Positions 57,306 to 64,000 of a DNA stretch of 64,000 bases are shown here, in pieces. Both the position numbers and the translations under genes were made by a program. This DNA is from Candidatus Iainarchaeum sp. (GTDB lineage Archaea > Iainarchaeota > Iainarchaeia > Iainarchaeales > JAXPJC01), in contig JACPJC010000005.1 of the NCBI GenBank assembly GCA_016187745.1, positions 192,308 through 256,307 on the forward strand, written 5' to 3'. Under the pieces are notes generated by a model, which was not told where the DNA came from, made no database searches, and saw nothing but the letters and a program-made list of their open reading frames with translations. The number at the start of each line of letters is the position of its first letter. Within the stretch, counting starts at the first letter, position 1.

Positions 57306-57624
57306 CCTCAGAGCGGGAATTCTGAAAGATGAGTGCAATGTACGAAATGACAAGGCTTCTTTCAGCAAAAACTGCAAAGCGCAAAACTCTTGCAGACCTT
57401 GCAGTTGCTATCCTGGGCAGGGAATGGCCCCTTTCCTTAAATGCCATACACCAGAAAATAACCAAAGGACATGGAAAAGCCGCATCAATCCAGGCAACCC
57501 ATAAAAGCCTTGCAAGGCTTGTAAGGCAAAATGTTCTTCTGAAAAGTAAAAAACGCTACAGACTGAGCCCGAAATGGCTTGAGCAGGTAAATAATTTCAG
57601 CATGCAGACGAAAGAGGCTTATGC
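57263..57624 (+). repeat. ~360-bp direct repeat, copy 2
   Basis: Matches 40533-40894. Confidence 0.95.
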
Positions 57625-57643
57625 GTTGTCATGTAACAGCTAA
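57329..57643 (+). CDS. Short 'EWPLS' winged-helix protein, copy 2
   Basis: 7 substitutions versus 40599-40916 over the first 99 aa, then a different tail. Confidence 0.85.
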   Translation: MSAMYEMTRLLSAKTAKRKTLADLAVAILGREWPLSLNAIHQKITKGHGKAASIQATHKSLARLVRQNVLLKSKKRYRLSPKWLEQVNNFSMQTKEAYALSCNS

Positions 57644-57658
57644 ACACACATTGAGACT

Positions 57659-60280
57659 GTGATGAAAATGAATGAATTTTACCATGCTAGAAGACTTAAG
57701 ATTCTTGAACTCATGAAACAAGAAAAGACACAACACCCCAACAAAAATTATCTTTCTATTCACAAACAGGTATGTAGTTATCCTGTTTTGTCAATCGTTG
57801 CTCCAGTCGTAGACAGCTATCAGGATAAAATAGAGTTTCCTGGCGACCCAATGTGCTTGTACACTGCCCTCGCTTACCCAATCAAGCAAGTAGTGGACCA
57901 CGTTGATAAAGTTTCAAAAGAGTTTGATCAATTTCCAGAGAGAAAAATTGGCTTCTACAACGACCTTTTCCCACAATGGTTTCAACTTCCATCTAACGGC
58001 TACAGAAACTTTGCTTCCGAAGAACAAATATCAAAGTATGACTACAAAGACGGTGACTTTTTTAACACAGACCAACTAGTTTTTGATCCGCGAGCATGGA
58101 CACCTGATACCAAAGATTGTCTAAATAGGCTGTTGAACTTTATAGATCCAAAAGTCGTATTGATTAGTGGGGTTTCTTCGGCGCAAAAATTTGTAGTTGA
58201 AATTGCAAAGATCGTGAAAGACTATAATGATAAAATAATAATCATAGTGGGGGGACGGCACGCAGATGAAACAATAAAAGAAAAAAATGGTGAAATTGTT
58301 TTTGAACAGGCTAGCATAGTAAGTGCTATTGCAGAAAAAAGAATACTGCCCGTAATTGACATTGTGTTATCTGGCGAGGGCTATTATGCGTTAGATTTTC
58401 TCATGAAAACAATATCCCAAAGTATGGATATTGAAAAAAAGATTGTTTTGGATTCAAAGATTTTGCTTGAATCGCTTACAAAAAAAGAGCATTTGTTAGC
58501 AAAGGTTCTAGGAAAGGCAATCATCACCTGTCTTATCGGAGGAAAAATACGATTTTTTGTGACAAGTGGGAAAAAAACAAGATTGGAATACCCCTTTGTA
58601 ATTAGAGCACGTTTTTCTGTATTCTCTGAAAAAGAGAATAAACCGCCAATAACCGCCCACATAAATACTTCACACACTTGCCTTTACAGTTGCTTATATT
58701 GTTCAGAAGGCAAAAATGTCGTCAATCGAAATGTGTATGCTAGCGAAAAAAGATACTTTAAAAAAACAATCAAAGACTATTTGGATTATGGGGCATTGGC
58801 ATTCTTTTTTGATGATTCAGTCCTTTGCGGTGGGAACATTGCAAGAATTGGAATTTTGCTAGAAGCGCTTTCAGAATTAAGGGAAGAAGCGAAAAAGAAA
58901 ATGAAAACATTCTCCTATTTGGATCCCTGTCTTGAGAAAGTGTACAGGACAGCAAATTTTGAATGGGGGGCTCAGCTAACATTTGATTCAATTACAACAG
59001 TCTTGCCAAAGGAAGAAGCGAGAAACATTCTGAAAAAAATGAATGAAACTGGTTGCAGATACTTGTATTTTGGCATTGAGAGCCTTGCTGAAAAAGTAAT
59101 AAGAAATGTCCACAAGAACTTGCCCAACAAGGATGCTGATTGGCTGGAAAAAACAATAAAAGCGCTGGAACTAGTTAAAGAGGCAAATATCCGTGCAGGT
59201 GCTTCCGTTTTATTTGGGTTGCCTGGAGAAACAATGCAAACAATAGACTTCACCATCAATGAGGTCGCAAAACTGGTGCGAAAAAACCTTCTTTTAATAG
59301 TCAGCCCAAACATCCTTTCATATCATCCAGGAACACTAATAACTGAAATGGATTCTGCGAAGGAGAAAATAGATTATTTTAACCAAATAGAGGATATCAG
59401 TCCACCCTATTCTTATTTTGAAGAAGCATTCAGATGCCTTGTTTCAATAAGGCTAACCGAGGAAATGATTTGGCACATTCATAATCAAACAAAATTAAAA
59501 TGGAAAAAACACCGCAACATGAATTTAATGAAGATCCCCAGACTTCCGATGGATATCACAAAAGAAAGACTGGTGAGTTTTTATTCCACTATTGGAAATA
59601 GGCTTGTAGAACAAAAAAATTATCCCCCCGAAATCAATGAATTTCTTGAACTAGAAAAAAAGTTGTTTAAAGACTTGGTTAAAAAAGAAAACTGCAAAAT
59701 TATTGTTGAAGTTGGTTGCATGGATACTGGGTTCATTCTTCAAGAAACCATAGAAGCTGGACTTTCCTATATTGGAATAGATGTGGTTAAGGAATTGGTT
59801 GAAAAACTAAATACAACAATATCCAATTCTGCTTTTGATAAAGGCATAAACACAGCAATAGCCTATAATCAGGGGGTGGAAGAACTGTCGAAAATTATCA
59901 AAAAAAGTAAATTGACTGCTGGAGAAACATTAGCTGTCTTTCCATTCAACAGTTTTGGCAATATCACAGACCCAGAAAAAGCAGTTAATGAAATATGCAA
60001 ACTTGGAATGAACATGGCAGTATTTACCTACAAAACAGATCCTCAAACAACAAAAATCAGAAAAAAATATTATTTCAACTGCGACTACAAGAATACAAAA
60101 GAGTTAAAAGAAGATAAAGGGATATTATTTCAGTCGGAAGATGGTTTAATGTCTTACGCCTATAAGGAGTCATACATAAAAAAATTGTTGTCCAAAAGAG
60201 ACTATGAATACAAATTAATCAAGTTTGGTGCAATTGGAGCCTTATATTTTTGCAAAAAAAGGAGGATGCCAAATGGATAA
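57659..60280 (+). CDS. B12-binding-type radical SAM protein fused to a C-terminal methyltransferase-like domain
   Basis: IIVGGRHA, GEG, CLYSCLYC, FFDD, GIESL, LFGLPGET; C-terminal IVEVGC..YIGIDV..FNSFGN. Confidence 0.85.
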   Translation: MMKMNEFYHARRLKILELMKQEKTQHPNKNYLSIHKQVCSYPVLSIVAPVVDSYQDKIEFPGDPMCLYTALAYPIKQVVDHVDKVSKEFDQFPERKIGFYNDLFPQWFQLPSNGYRNFASEEQISKYDYKDGDFFNTDQLVFDPRAWTPDTKDCLNRLLNFIDPKVVLISGVSSAQKFVVEIAKIVKDYNDKIIIIVGGRHADETIKEKNGEIVFEQASIVSAIAEKRILPVIDIVLSGEGYYALDFLMKTISQSMDIEKKIVLDSKILLESLTKKEHLLAKVLGKAIITCLIGGKIRFFVTSGKKTRLEYPFVIRARFSVFSEKENKPPITAHINTSHTCLYSCLYCSEGKNVVNRNVYASEKRYFKKTIKDYLDYGALAFFFDDSVLCGGNIARIGILLEALSELREEAKKKMKTFSYLDPCLEKVYRTANFEWGAQLTFDSITTVLPKEEARNILKKMNETGCRYLYFGIESLAEKVIRNVHKNLPNKDADWLEKTIKALELVKEANIRAGASVLFGLPGETMQTIDFTINEVAKLVRKNLLLIVSPNILSYHPGTLITEMDSAKEKIDYFNQIEDISPPYSYFEEAFRCLVSIRLTEEMIWHIHNQTKLKWKKHRNMNLMKIPRLPMDITKERLVSFYSTIGNRLVEQKNYPPEINEFLELEKKLFKDLVKKENCKIIVEVGCMDTGFILQETIEAGLSYIGIDVVKELVEKLNTTISNSAFDKGINTAIAYNQGVEELSKIIKKSKLTAGETLAVFPFNSFGNITDPEKAVNEICKLGMNMAVFTYKTDPQTTKIRKKYYFNCDYKNTKELKEDKGILFQSEDGLMSYAYKESYIKKLLSKRDYEYKLIKFGAIGALYFCKKRRMPNG

Positions 60281-61079
60281 CAGAATAAAAATAAATGTAA
60301 AAGAGAATTTTGAAGAAAGACTCTCCGGGCTGGAAATAGGTTACATATACTTCTATGGAGTGAATAATACTGCCAACAATCCAATCGTTGACGATGCAAT
60401 AAGGACTGCTTGCAAAGAAGTAATCGAAAGATACAAAGACACAAACACTATTGCAGAAAACCCCGCAATAAAAGGAATACGCTCACTGTTCTCAAAAATA
60501 GGGATTGACCCAACGAAAGAAAGACCGTCCGGAGAAGCACTCATCAGAAGAGTCACAAGTGGCAAAGGAATATACCGAATAAACCCGGTCGTAGACATAA
60601 ACAATGTTGTATCTATTCTATCAGGCTATCCCTGCGGGGTCTATGATGCTGAAAAAATTGCCGGAAATGAGATTAAAGTTTCTATTGGCGGAAAAGGTTT
60701 AATCTTTGAGGGCATCGGAGGAAGACCGATAAATGGCGAAGGCAGAATTCTCACAGAGGACAGCCATTCTGTTTTCGGTGGGCCAGTAGCAGACTCAAAA
60801 AGAACCTCCATCACACCACGAACAACAAAAGTACTAATGCTAATATACCACCCAAGCAACGCACCAAAAGAACTACTCAAAAAAGCAATTGAACTAGCAC
60901 AAACTAAAATGGCTTCCGCCGTTAAGGCCAATATAGCTTATGCAGATGTCTGCCGCATAGGCCAAAACCCCCATTCCCAAACACCACTACCTAACATAAA
61001 GCGGTTTATGGAGAAAGAAAGAACCCTTAAAAAAAATTATTTCAACATAAGCAGAAAAAGACCAAAACCACTTATTTAG
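60273..61079 (+). CDS. B3/B4 (PheRS editing-like) domain protein
   Basis: R.LF.KIGIDPTKERPSGEAL.RR, INPVVD.NN, G.YD, GGP..DS.RT; start moved to ATG 60273. Confidence 0.9.
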   Translation: MDNRIKINVKENFEERLSGLEIGYIYFYGVNNTANNPIVDDAIRTACKEVIERYKDTNTIAENPAIKGIRSLFSKIGIDPTKERPSGEALIRRVTSGKGIYRINPVVDINNVVSILSGYPCGVYDAEKIAGNEIKVSIGGKGLIFEGIGGRPINGEGRILTEDSHSVFGGPVADSKRTSITPRTTKVLMLIYHPSNAPKELLKKAIELAQTKMASAVKANIAYADVCRIGQNPHSQTPLPNIKRFMEKERTLKKNYFNISRKRPKPLI

Positions 61080-61088
61080 AGGGATTAA

Positions 61089-61385
61089 ATGAAACTAGTA
61101 AGGGATAAAATTCCAGAAATAATGGACGCAAAAGGAAAGAAGCCAATAATTCATACCGCCAGTGCTGATGAGTTTAAGAGGAATCTGATTGAAAAGCTTA
61201 ATGAAGAAGTATTAGAAATAAAAAAAGAGTTAAATGCTGAGGAATTGGCAGATCTGCTTGAAGTTATATATTCTTTGGGCAAATTAATTTGGCTGACACC
61301 GCAAGACCTTGAAAAGATAAGAATAAAAAAAGCTGAAGAGAACGGCGACTTTTCAAAAAAGATAATATTGGAAAACCCGAAATAA
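61089..61385 (+). CDS. MazG-like/PRA-PH-like nucleoside triphosphate pyrophosphohydrolase
   Basis: KLVRDKIPEI..KL.EE..E..EELADLLEV..R..K..G.F. Confidence 0.9.
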   Translation: MKLVRDKIPEIMDAKGKKPIIHTASADEFKRNLIEKLNEEVLEIKKELNAEELADLLEVIYSLGKLIWLTPQDLEKIRIKKAEENGDFSKKIILENPK

Positions 61386-61420
61386 GCTAAAAACAATTCC
61401 AAAATAATGCTTCTTAGCAT

Positions 61421-61463
61421 TAAACCATTTAGTTGATTTCTGTTCAACCGCAGGTATATTAAT
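61421..61463 (+). promoter_or_regulatory. Palindromic operator-like site plus TATA-like box, copy C
   Basis: TAAACC-ATTT-AGTTGA-N7-TCAACC-GCAGG-TATATTAAT, 32 bp before ATG 61496. Confidence 0.8.
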
Positions 61464-61495
61464 GCCAAAATTCTATGTATAAAAAGTGAGGTAGA

Positions 61496-62236
61496 ATGAT
61501 GCTGAAGAGAAATGTTTTGTTGTGCCTTTCAATGCTGCTGTTAAGCCCATTTGTTTCTGCAATAGGCTCTGAATTGAATGGCAGTGAAAACTACAATTAT
61601 AATCTTGCAGAGTTGAACAAACTACTGCCGTATATGGCTCTGAATAAGGATTATTCTGTAAAATTTGATTCTGTCGTGGCAAAAGCAGAGCTGCCGGAGA
61701 AGTATGTAAAATTGGGAAAGCTTTATGAAGAATATCATAACAACTTTATTCAGGCTGCAAAGGCCAATGGAGTTTACTCGAACAAAATAAAAGAATTGCC
61801 GGACAATCAATTCTTCAGCAATTTCTTCGAGTCTAAAAGCACAATGACAGCTCAAGCCACAATCTCTGCAAGCAGCCTGGTTTGCGGGGGAAGCCAGCAG
61901 CAGCCGCATCAATGCCCTGCAAGGGTAAATTCAGGGATATCCAAGAAAAGCCAGACAGAAATATCAAATTATTTAAAGGGCATGGGATTCCACAATACTT
62001 ATTGGCCAGGCTGCGGGCCGCAGGGATATACCTGCTCAACAGACTTTACAAAGTGGATAAGTGCATATAATTGCACTTGGGGCTCTTTCAGAACCCAGGC
62101 AAATATCTTTCAAAGCGGAACAAAATGGACTTACAGAACACAATCCCCTGAGCCGAATCCGGAGATTTTCAGCTATTCATGGCCAGTATACTGGTGGGGA
62201 ACTTATGTTTCATGGTGGCACTTATCTTGCAACTGA
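61496..62236 (+). CDS. Secreted Cys/Trp-rich hypothetical protein
   Basis: Signal peptide ending VSA; C-terminal PEPNPE..Y.WP.YWW..YV.WWH. Confidence 0.8.
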   Translation: MMLKRNVLLCLSMLLLSPFVSAIGSELNGSENYNYNLAELNKLLPYMALNKDYSVKFDSVVAKAELPEKYVKLGKLYEEYHNNFIQAAKANGVYSNKIKELPDNQFFSNFFESKSTMTAQATISASSLVCGGSQQQPHQCPARVNSGISKKSQTEISNYLKGMGFHNTYWPGCGPQGYTCSTDFTKWISAYNCTWGSFRTQANIFQSGTKWTYRTQSPEPNPEIFSYSWPVYWWGTYVSWWHLSCN

Positions 62237-62262
62237 ATTATTGTAAATCAGGAGAACTAAAT

Positions 62263-62592
62263 ATGAAAGAAAAATTACAGAAATTCCTCTTTCCAACCAA
62301 GATAAAGATTGCAGTCTTTTTAATTTTTATGCTTTTGGTTGCACTTGCAACAATACAAGCATGGGGATTTGCAGATCAGCAGGGTCCAAAGCCATTTTTA
62401 TATGATGCAATCAGACAGATTCCTTTCTGGGCGGCGTTGGCATATCTCCTCGCCCCGATAATGATAATAACCGTTCCACTATCGCAAGTGGGTTTGGGGC
62501 TGCTGATTTTTCCTATTGCAATAGTCTATCTATATTTGTTCTCCTGCTTAATTGGCCTAATTCTCGAAAGATATCTTCTACAGAAACGCTAG
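62263..62592 (+). CDS. Small membrane protein
   Basis: GGAG RBS, ATG 62263, about 3 TM helices. Confidence 0.7.
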   Translation: MKEKLQKFLFPTKIKIAVFLIFMLLVALATIQAWGFADQQGPKPFLYDAIRQIPFWAALAYLLAPIMIITVPLSQVGLGLLIFPIAIVYLYLFSCLIGLILERYLLQKR

Positions 62593-62624
62593 TATCGATA
62601 AGGATAACTATCTTCTGTATTTAC

Positions 62625-62728
62625 TAAAGAACCCTGGCGCTGAACGCTTCGTTCTTCAGAACTGAGATGAAAACTATTCTGATTGTTGTCATTCCTAAAC
62701 GCCCTGGCATTTATGCCAAGGTTCTTTA
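62625..62728 (-). repeat. ~100-nt structured element with terminal inverted repeats, copy 2
   Basis: Homologous to 49832-49932, with G-U and compensatory changes. Confidence 0.85.
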
Positions 62729-62741
62729 CGAATCAGGGGAC

Positions 62742-62784
62742 TAAACTATTTGGTTGATTTCTGTTCAACCTCACATATATTAAT
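62742..62784 (+). promoter_or_regulatory. Palindromic operator-like site plus TATA-like box, copy D
   Basis: TAAACT-ATTT-GGTTGA-N7-TCAACC-TCACA-TATATTAAT, 32 bp before ATG 62817. Confidence 0.75.
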
Positions 62785-62816
62785 CCTCAGGGCGCGGGTT
62801 ATAATGGGGGTGTGCT

Positions 62817-63170
62817 ATGGGAAAAATTGTTTTGAATATTCTGGAGCTTGCCTGCTTCAGGATTGCAAAGGAGCAGGGAATCAGGTGGTTTGAATTGCCC
62901 CATGCAAAAGTCTTATCAGGCTTGTGCAATGGTAGGAAGCAGGGCCCTGAGGAAATTGCAGAAAATGCAGGAATTTCAAGGGACGAGGCATTTGGGGCGC
63001 TTGATGCGCTGGTTGCGAACAAGGCGCTCAGCTACGATGGCAACAGGTATTTTGCTGAAGATGCCCTGCAGGCAGTAAATATGCTGATTGACCTCGCGGA
63101 AGCAAAGCAAATAAAGCAGCCAATAGTGCAAATGCAGAAGGAGACTGAACTGCTGGAAGAATATGCCTGA
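62817..63170 (+). CDS. TrmB-like helix-turn-helix protein
   Basis: AKVLSGL..EEIAENAGISRDEAFGALDAL..RYFA. Confidence 0.75.
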   Translation: MGKIVLNILELACFRIAKEQGIRWFELPHAKVLSGLCNGRKQGPEEIAENAGISRDEAFGALDALVANKALSYDGNRYFAEDALQAVNMLIDLAEAKQIKQPIVQMQKETELLEEYA

Positions 63171-63312
63171 TGAAAAATCAAAAGTGCCGGAAATGGTCTG
63201 CTTCGGGCAGTACGCGAGCTATTACTTCAACTGCAAGTTCTGCGATTCCCTGCAGGAATGCAGGGAATTTACAACCGCAAGGCGCGGGCGGGCAAAAACA
63301 AAACATTTATAG
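63163..63312 (+). CDS. Cys-rich mini-protein, copy 2 (49 aa)
   Basis: Hand translation MPDEKSKVPEMVCFGQYASYYFNCKFCDSLQECREF...; overlaps the upstream stop. Confidence 0.65.
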   Translation: MPDEKSKVPEMVCFGQYASYYFNCKFCDSLQECREFTTARRGRAKTKHL

Positions 63313-63352
63313 TCTTTATGACTATAATATACTTTATGACTTGGCGGATGCA

Positions 63353-63556
63353 ATGTTCAGGGAAGTCAGGAAGAGCGCCCATTTCGAGGAATGCCATAAA
63401 GGAGCTTTGGCATGGAGCGACATCCTGCGCCTGATTTACAAAATCAAGAGCAAGAGGAAAAAAGGGAACAGGATAGAAATTGAGGACAGGAGATTTTATA
63501 TCCTGTGCGAGCTTAAAAAAGGCATCCTCTATGTCATAAATGTGAAAAGGAAATAG
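63353..63556 (+). CDS. Small DUF4258/RelE-like putative toxin
   Basis: C-terminal part of the listed ORF (MFREVRKSAHF..LYVINVK); upstream of a Zn-ribbon/AbrB gene. Confidence 0.55.
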   Translation: MFREVRKSAHFEECHKGALAWSDILRLIYKIKSKRKKGNRIEIEDRRFYILCELKKGILYVINVKRK

Positions 63557-63566
63557 ATGGTCAGAA

Positions 63567-63887
63567 ATGAAGTGCCCGAAATGCAATTCAGGAATGAAAG
63601 AGGCCAGGGTAAGGATTCAGGACGCGAAAAGCCCTGTAATCAGCCATCAGTGCGCCAAATGCGGCTATTTTGATTTTGAGGAAAAGTCAATAAATAATGC
63701 CATCAGGGAAATCAAAATAATGGAAGCCCCGCTGAGCATAAAGCAAAAAATAATAAAATTGTCCCACGGGCGATTGGGGATGTATTTAAGCAAGGATATC
63801 GCAAGGAGCCTGAATCTGAGGGGCGGGGAGGAAGTTTATGTTTGCGTCCCCGATAAAAAGCATCTGCTGGTCAGCATAAGCTGTTAG
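63567..63887 (+). CDS. Zn-ribbon plus AbrB-like protein (putative antitoxin)
   Basis: MKCPKC..CAKC; LGMYLSKDIARSLNLRGGEEV. Confidence 0.8.
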   Translation: MKCPKCNSGMKEARVRIQDAKSPVISHQCAKCGYFDFEEKSINNAIREIKIMEAPLSIKQKIIKLSHGRLGMYLSKDIARSLNLRGGEEVYVCVPDKKHLLVSISC

Positions 63888-63893
63888 TTGTTA

Positions 63894-64000
63894 TTATTGC
63901 TTCACAACCCTCGCATCAACTGCAAGCACTTCATTCCCAAAAGCGAACAAGGGGTTGATGTCAAGCTCAGCGATTTTTTCCTTTTGCATCAATTTTGAAA
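63894..64000 (-). CDS. ATP-grasp C-terminus of an acetate-CoA ligase (ADP-forming)-like protein (partial)
   Basis: Hand translation ..IAELDINPLF....LAVDARV*. Confidence 0.8.
   Translation of the reverse strand, partial: SKLMQKEKIAELDINPLFAFGNEVLAVDARVVKQ

Noticed and set aside
49832-62728. Canonical integron attC sites for the ~100-nt elements
   Set aside because: The AAC/GTT triplets are present, but the boxes read AAAGAAC/GTTCTTT instead of RYYYAAC/GTTRRRY. There is no integrase and no array of co-oriented cassettes.
63170-63352. N-terminal half of the listed 128-aa ORF
   Set aside because: It overlaps the Cys-rich mini-gene in another frame; the plausible toxin starts at ATG 63353.
1-64000. 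CRISPR array, rRNA or complete tRNA genes
   Set aside because: I saw no regularly spaced repeat-spacer units. The four operator copies are kilobases apart, the 66-bp repeats are in-frame coding, and the only tRNA-like sequence is a 3' fragment.

Overview
This is an archaeal chromosomal window; the gene complement suggests a DPANN lineage, possibly Iainarchaeota/Diapherotrites-like (inference). 1-5.8 kb is a metal/redox cluster. 5.9-7.8 kb holds tRNA-thiolation genes, including a ThiI without a THUMP domain. 7.8-23.6 kb is the archaeal exosome superoperon (rpl15e, rnp3, rnp2, psmA, SBDS, rrp4/41/42, rpl37ae, rpoP, Brix, pcc1, pfdB, DHH) with several insertions. An internalin-like LRR lipoprotein gene follows, flanked by a duplicated gene end. 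28.6-31.7 kb is an arsR-iscS-iscU operon whose IscU carries a 379-aa LAGLIDADG intein immediately before the first cluster-ligating Cys. From about 39 kb onward the region is accessory and contains the best candidate for an undescribed system. It has seven paralogous 'EWPLS' winged-helix regulators: five full-length in tandem and two short forms with the DNA-binding domain only. It also has four copies of a 29-bp palindromic site just upstream of TATA-like boxes. Two ~360-bp direct repeats 16,730 bp apart each precede a different AT-rich radical-SAM cassette, and each cassette includes a tRNA-aminoacylation/editing gene. The same region has a KaiC-V4R-terpene-synthase-like operon, two copies of a ~100-nt structured element with compensatory changes, two copies of an unannotated Cys-rich mini-protein, and an IS5-type transposase remnant. 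I found no rRNA, complete tRNA or CRISPR array. All family calls come from motif recognition; no database search was run.
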